In this document: positions 42,689-46,203 of the stretch, one piece after another
How the letters are laid out: every line of letters begins with the position of its first letter
Numbering within the stretch: the first letter of the stretch is position 1
Assembly (NCBI GenBank): GCA_001800355.1
Contig: MGVF01000129.1
Coordinates: forward strand, 1 to 46,203
DNA length: 46,203 nt
Reading direction: 5' to 3'
Origin: Elusimicrobia bacterium RIFOXYA2_FULL_50_26
GTDB lineage: Bacteria; Elusimicrobiota; Endomicrobiia; Endomicrobiales; XYA2-FULL-47-53
The notes under the pieces: model-generated
Databases searched by the model: none
The model's input: only the letters and a program-made list of their open reading frames with translations
What the model was told of the DNA's origin: nothing
Made by a program: the position numbers and the translations under genes

Positions 42689-44362
42689 ATGTCAACTAAC
42701 AGTTTGCTGGTAAATTTTGCCGGATTTCCTTCGGCGCCGCGGATGCTTGTGCCGGATAACGGGCTTGCAAACCTTGCGGGCGCGCTGCTGGCCGCAGGCC
42801 ACAGGACGCGCATACTCGATTACGCCACGGCCGATACCGTCAAGGCGCTATACCCGTATGAATACAAAGATCGCCTGCAGGAAGTGTTGCAGCGCATAAT
42901 GCGCGATATAAAAGGCGGTTCCGCGCCCTCGCCGGCCGACATGGAGCAGTTTCATTCCATTGACTATGCCATAGAGAAGCGCAAAAGCGTAAACGTTGGA
43001 GACATAGCGCGCGATATTGCGGCATACATCAGGAATAACAACATTGATTTTGTAGGTTTCAAACTCTGGATGGGCGACGGCTTCGAGGGGTCAATGACGA
43101 TAGCGCGCGAGTTGAAGAAGAATTTTCCCGCCCTTCCTGTTTTTGCCGGCGGGCCGCACGTGGACTGGTTCGGCGAAAAGATACTTGAATGCGCCGATAT
43201 GTTCGACGTCCTTGTATGCGGAGAAGGCGAAGAGGTTATAGTGCAGCTTGCCGATTACGTTATGGGCAGGCGCGTGCTTGAGAATATACCCAACCTGCTT
43301 TACAGGAAAAGAGGCGTTGCCTGCTCAACGCCGCGCCGCGAAATCGCCGATCTTAACGCTCTTGCCGCGCCGGTTTATGACGAGGACGTTTACCCTGCCA
43401 TGAAGGGCAATAAGAAACTGAAATTCTATCTTACCGACGAAAGCCGCGGCTGCCCCAACAAGTGCGCATTCTGCCTGCATCCCGCAAAAAGCGGCGGTAA
43501 ATGGAGAATGAAATCGGCAACCGGGGTGGTAAATGAAATGGAGCGCATTATGTCGAAGCACGGCAGCAACGTGTTCCGTTTTGCCGGTTCCAACACGCCC
43601 ATGCCGCTTGCCCTTGAGATCGCCCGCGAGATAATCAGGCGCAACCTTAACGTGCGCTATATCGGGTTTGCGAATTCAGGCGTAGCTGTAAGCCGGGAGG
43701 AGTTTGCCCTGCTTAAGCGTTCCGGCTGTTTCGGTTTCTGGTTCGGCATAGAGTCGGGAAATCAGGAAATGCTTGATAAGGTTATGAACAAAAAAGTTAA
43801 GGTGGAGCAGCTGCGGGAAAAAATGAAGGCCTGCAAGGAGGCGGGCATTCACGTAACAGGCAGCGTTATAGTTCCTGCGCCGGGTGAAACCGGGCAATCC
43901 AAGCAGGATACGCTGCGCCTGCTTGCGGACGTTATGCCGGATTCGATTATAGCCGAGCCGCCCGTCGTGGTTCCCGGCACGGCCTGGGACACGGACGCGG
44001 AAAAGTATAACATCGTCATCCCCGACCGCAAAAAATATGTGGAACACGCCATGTTCTATAAGATGAAGCTGCTTTACCCGCCCAACCTTTTGCCGTCGTT
44101 CCCGTATCTTACCATTGACGGTAAATCCATGGATTCAATACTCCAGGAAGCCGGCGCGTTCAATCGCGACATTGAACGCCAGGGCATATTGACCCAGGTA
44201 ACAACCGATACCGCTCTGCTGGCGACATACGCCGGCACAACCGCGCGCGAGTTCAGGGACAACGCGCGGCAATGGTTTTTGTCCGGAGATTACGAGAAAA
44301 TAAACGGCATGGTTGCAACGATTAACGAAAATATAGAGAGAACAATGACAAATTTAGTATAA
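42689..44362 (+). CDS. B12-binding-domain radical SAM protein (paralog 6, long form)
   Basis: PVFAGGPHVDWF and TDESRGCPNKCAFCLHP (CX3CX2C). GGAGG RBS upstream. Confidence 0.8.
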   Translation: MSTNSLLVNFAGFPSAPRMLVPDNGLANLAGALLAAGHRTRILDYATADTVKALYPYEYKDRLQEVLQRIMRDIKGGSAPSPADMEQFHSIDYAIEKRKSVNVGDIARDIAAYIRNNNIDFVGFKLWMGDGFEGSMTIARELKKNFPALPVFAGGPHVDWFGEKILECADMFDVLVCGEGEEVIVQLADYVMGRRVLENIPNLLYRKRGVACSTPRREIADLNALAAPVYDEDVYPAMKGNKKLKFYLTDESRGCPNKCAFCLHPAKSGGKWRMKSATGVVNEMERIMSKHGSNVFRFAGSNTPMPLALEIAREIIRRNLNVRYIGFANSGVAVSREEFALLKRSGCFGFWFGIESGNQEMLDKVMNKKVKVEQLREKMKACKEAGIHVTGSVIVPAPGETGQSKQDTLRLLADVMPDSIIAEPPVVVPGTAWDTDAEKYNIVIPDRKKYVEHAMFYKMKLLYPPNLLPSFPYLTIDGKSMDSILQEAGAFNRDIERQGILTQVTTDTALLATYAGTTAREFRDNARQWFLSGDYEKINGMVATINENIERTMTNLV

Positions 44363-44369
44363 TGCGCGT

Positions 44370-46203
44370 ATGCATATTTATTATATTATTCTTGTTTTTG
44401 CATCGGCGTTTGGCGGTTATTTCGCTTACGGCCGGCCGCATTCCATTTCCTGGCTTGCCGCCGCCGTGACGAATATGTTCCTGGCCGGATTTGTTTACTC
44501 CAACGGCAGGCAGATAAAAATAAACAGGGCATTTGCGATATTGTGTTTCTGTGTCGCCTTGTGGACGTTGTCAGTTTTCGGGCTTTATATTATAACCGAT
44601 GAGCATGGCGCCGGCCACTGGATACGCTTTTTGCGCCCGGGGTATTTCTTCCTTGCGCCTTCCATTTTTTACTTCATGCTCGCGCTTGCAAAAAGCGATA
44701 CCGGCAAAAACATAAGGCTTGTCTATGTTTCCTTTACCATTGCCGCGGCGCTCAGCCTGCTTAATTATACGGGCTTTTTCGACGAAGGTATTGTAAGCCG
44801 CGGACTGTCGTATTTTCCGAAAATCGGCAAACGCTATATCGCAACTTTAGTCAACCTCGGGTTTTGGGGCGGCTGGGGTTTATTTTTTATTTTCAGGGCA
44901 TACGGCAGGCTTGCGTCCGTGCGGGAGCGCCAGCAGTTAAAGTACTTCTTTGCCGGCAGCAGTATAGCGTTGTTTTTGGGGCTTGTATCAAATACGCTTT
45001 TCGGGCTGGGACACAGTGTTTACCCGATGGGCGGTATCGGCATAATTCTTTACGCCCTGATAGTTTCCTATGCCATTATCAAGCACCAGTTGATGGATAT
45101 AGAAGTAATAATCCGCAAAGGTATAATCTATGCCGCACTTACGTTGTCGGTAATCGGCGTTTACGCAATAACTGTAGGTATTTCGGCCGGAATATTAGGC
45201 ACACGCGCAGGCAACTGGTTTACCAATGCTCTGGGCGGAATAGTCATAGCGCTCATTTTTTTGCCGTTGCGCAGCAGGATTCAACTGGCGGTAGACAAGC
45301 TGTTTTTCAAGGACAAGTACGATTATCATAAAACGCTGAGCGATTTCAGCCGGGACATCACTTCAATACTTGACCTTGAGCTTTTATTCCGGCTGCTTGT
45401 AAACAACGTGACGGAAACCATGCACATCTTCAGGGGGTGCATAATGATATACAACCCGGACAGGGCAACGTATGAGACCAGGTACTGTACCGGAAAAGAC
45501 GAGGAGATATTGCGTTTTGAACTCCGCGAGGCGGATGCGCCCGTGGAATGGCTCAATAAGCATGCATCCGCCCTTAACCTCGCGGCACACGAGGAGTCTT
45601 CGTTTCCGCAATTGCGGGACAGGGGCATAATGCTTGTTATTCCGCTTATAAACAAGAAGAGGTTGGTCGGCATGATGAATTTCGGAGCAAAACTTTCGGA
45701 GGATGCCTACACAAGCGAGGATATAGAGCTTCTTATGACGCTTTCCGGTCAGGCGGCCATAGCCATAGAAAACGATCAGCTTTCCGCGCGCATGAGAGAG
45801 CTTGAAAAAAGCCTGCACCAGGCGGATAAACTGTCAGCGCTTGGAACTTTTGCGTCGAGCCTCGCGCACGAGATAAAGAACCCGCTGTCTTCCATAAAAA
45901 CGTTCAGCCAGCTGATGGAGAAACGCTTTAACGATACCGTGTTCAGGGAAAAATTCAGCGCCATAGTCCCGCAGGAGATAGACAGGCTTGAGGCGGTGCT
46001 AAACCAGCTTGTGGATTTCGGCAAGGAATCCAGCCTGGATTTCGAACCGGTAAAAATCGGCAAGGTTATAGACGAGCTTTTCGAACTTGTTCAATATGAG
46101 GCGCTGCGGCGCAATATAAAGGTTATAAAGGAGTGCGGCGCTTCGCTTCCGCCGGTGGCTGCGGTAGAGCAACAGTTAAAGCAGGTGTTCATGAATCTTA
46201 TAC
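44370..46203 (+). CDS. sensor histidine kinase: polytopic N-terminal domain + GAF + HisKA (3' end outside window)
   Basis: Not in the ORF track because no stop is reached. Frame 3 is open from ATG 44370 to the window end. About 7 TM helices, a GAF-like block (IMIYNPD...LVIPLINKKRLVGMMNFG...DIELLMTLSGQAAIAIEN), and H-box LSALGTFASSLAHEIKNPLSSI. Confidence 0.85.
   Translation, partial: MHIYYIILVFASAFGGYFAYGRPHSISWLAAAVTNMFLAGFVYSNGRQIKINRAFAILCFCVALWTLSVFGLYIITDEHGAGHWIRFLRPGYFFLAPSIFYFMLALAKSDTGKNIRLVYVSFTIAAALSLLNYTGFFDEGIVSRGLSYFPKIGKRYIATLVNLGFWGGWGLFFIFRAYGRLASVRERQQLKYFFAGSSIALFLGLVSNTLFGLGHSVYPMGGIGIILYALIVSYAIIKHQLMDIEVIIRKGIIYAALTLSVIGVYAITVGISAGILGTRAGNWFTNALGGIVIALIFLPLRSRIQLAVDKLFFKDKYDYHKTLSDFSRDITSILDLELLFRLLVNNVTETMHIFRGCIMIYNPDRATYETRYCTGKDEEILRFELREADAPVEWLNKHASALNLAAHEESSFPQLRDRGIMLVIPLINKKRLVGMMNFGAKLSEDAYTSEDIELLMTLSGQAAIAIENDQLSARMRELEKSLHQADKLSALGTFASSLAHEIKNPLSSIKTFSQLMEKRFNDTVFREKFSAIVPQEIDRLEAVLNQLVDFGKESSLDFEPVKIGKVIDELFELVQYEALRRNIKVIKECGASLPPVAAVEQQLKQVFMNLI

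Noticed and set aside
44864-45331. 155-aa plus-strand ORF listed in the track
   Set aside because: It is out of frame inside the histidine kinase gene (frame 3, open 44370 to window end). The track omits that gene only because it has no stop in the window.

Overview
This is a 46.2-kb bacterial chromosomal window, probably from an uncultivated lineage; I cannot place it taxonomically from sequence alone. I see no rRNA, tRNA or CRISPR, and no transposase, integrase or phage ORFs. I call 40 CDSs. (1) Bases 1-13219 are a tightly coupled Und-P-type glycan operon: methyltransferase, three GT2, one GT4, a WecA-type initiating transferase and a CapD/PglF-type dehydratase. Four cobalamin-type (class-B architecture) radical SAM paralogs are interleaved with the glycosyltransferases. 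uppP and a DedA gene follow. (2) Bases 17430-23078 (minus strand) hold a pseudopilin operon with a 897-aa pilin-like protein, a 220-aa pilin, a 618-aa PilX-like protein and a HAMP-only membrane protein. (3) Bases 23345-38682 are housekeeping genes: thrC, cinA, ruvX, mltG, an ECF sigma/anti-sigma module, prfC, iscS-mnmA, eno, ftsB and a short divergent sigma-54-like gene. (4) Bases 39083-46203 carry a sigma-54-type promoter in front of a FabF-like condensing enzyme with an altered active site (Cys163/His303/Gln340, Ala400). After it come two more B12-type radical SAM proteins, an ICMT-family membrane methyltransferase and a 7TM-GAF histidine kinase that runs off the window. I consider (4) and (1) the best candidates for undescribed chemistry (lipid and glycan tailoring). 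Almost every intergenic gap holds non-autonomous palindromic repeats of at least four families. Several have clean target-site duplications (9, 10 and 11 bp). Some have remodelled gene ends, inflate ORF-track N-termini, or bracket single genes. All functional calls come from motif recognition by eye; no database search was run.
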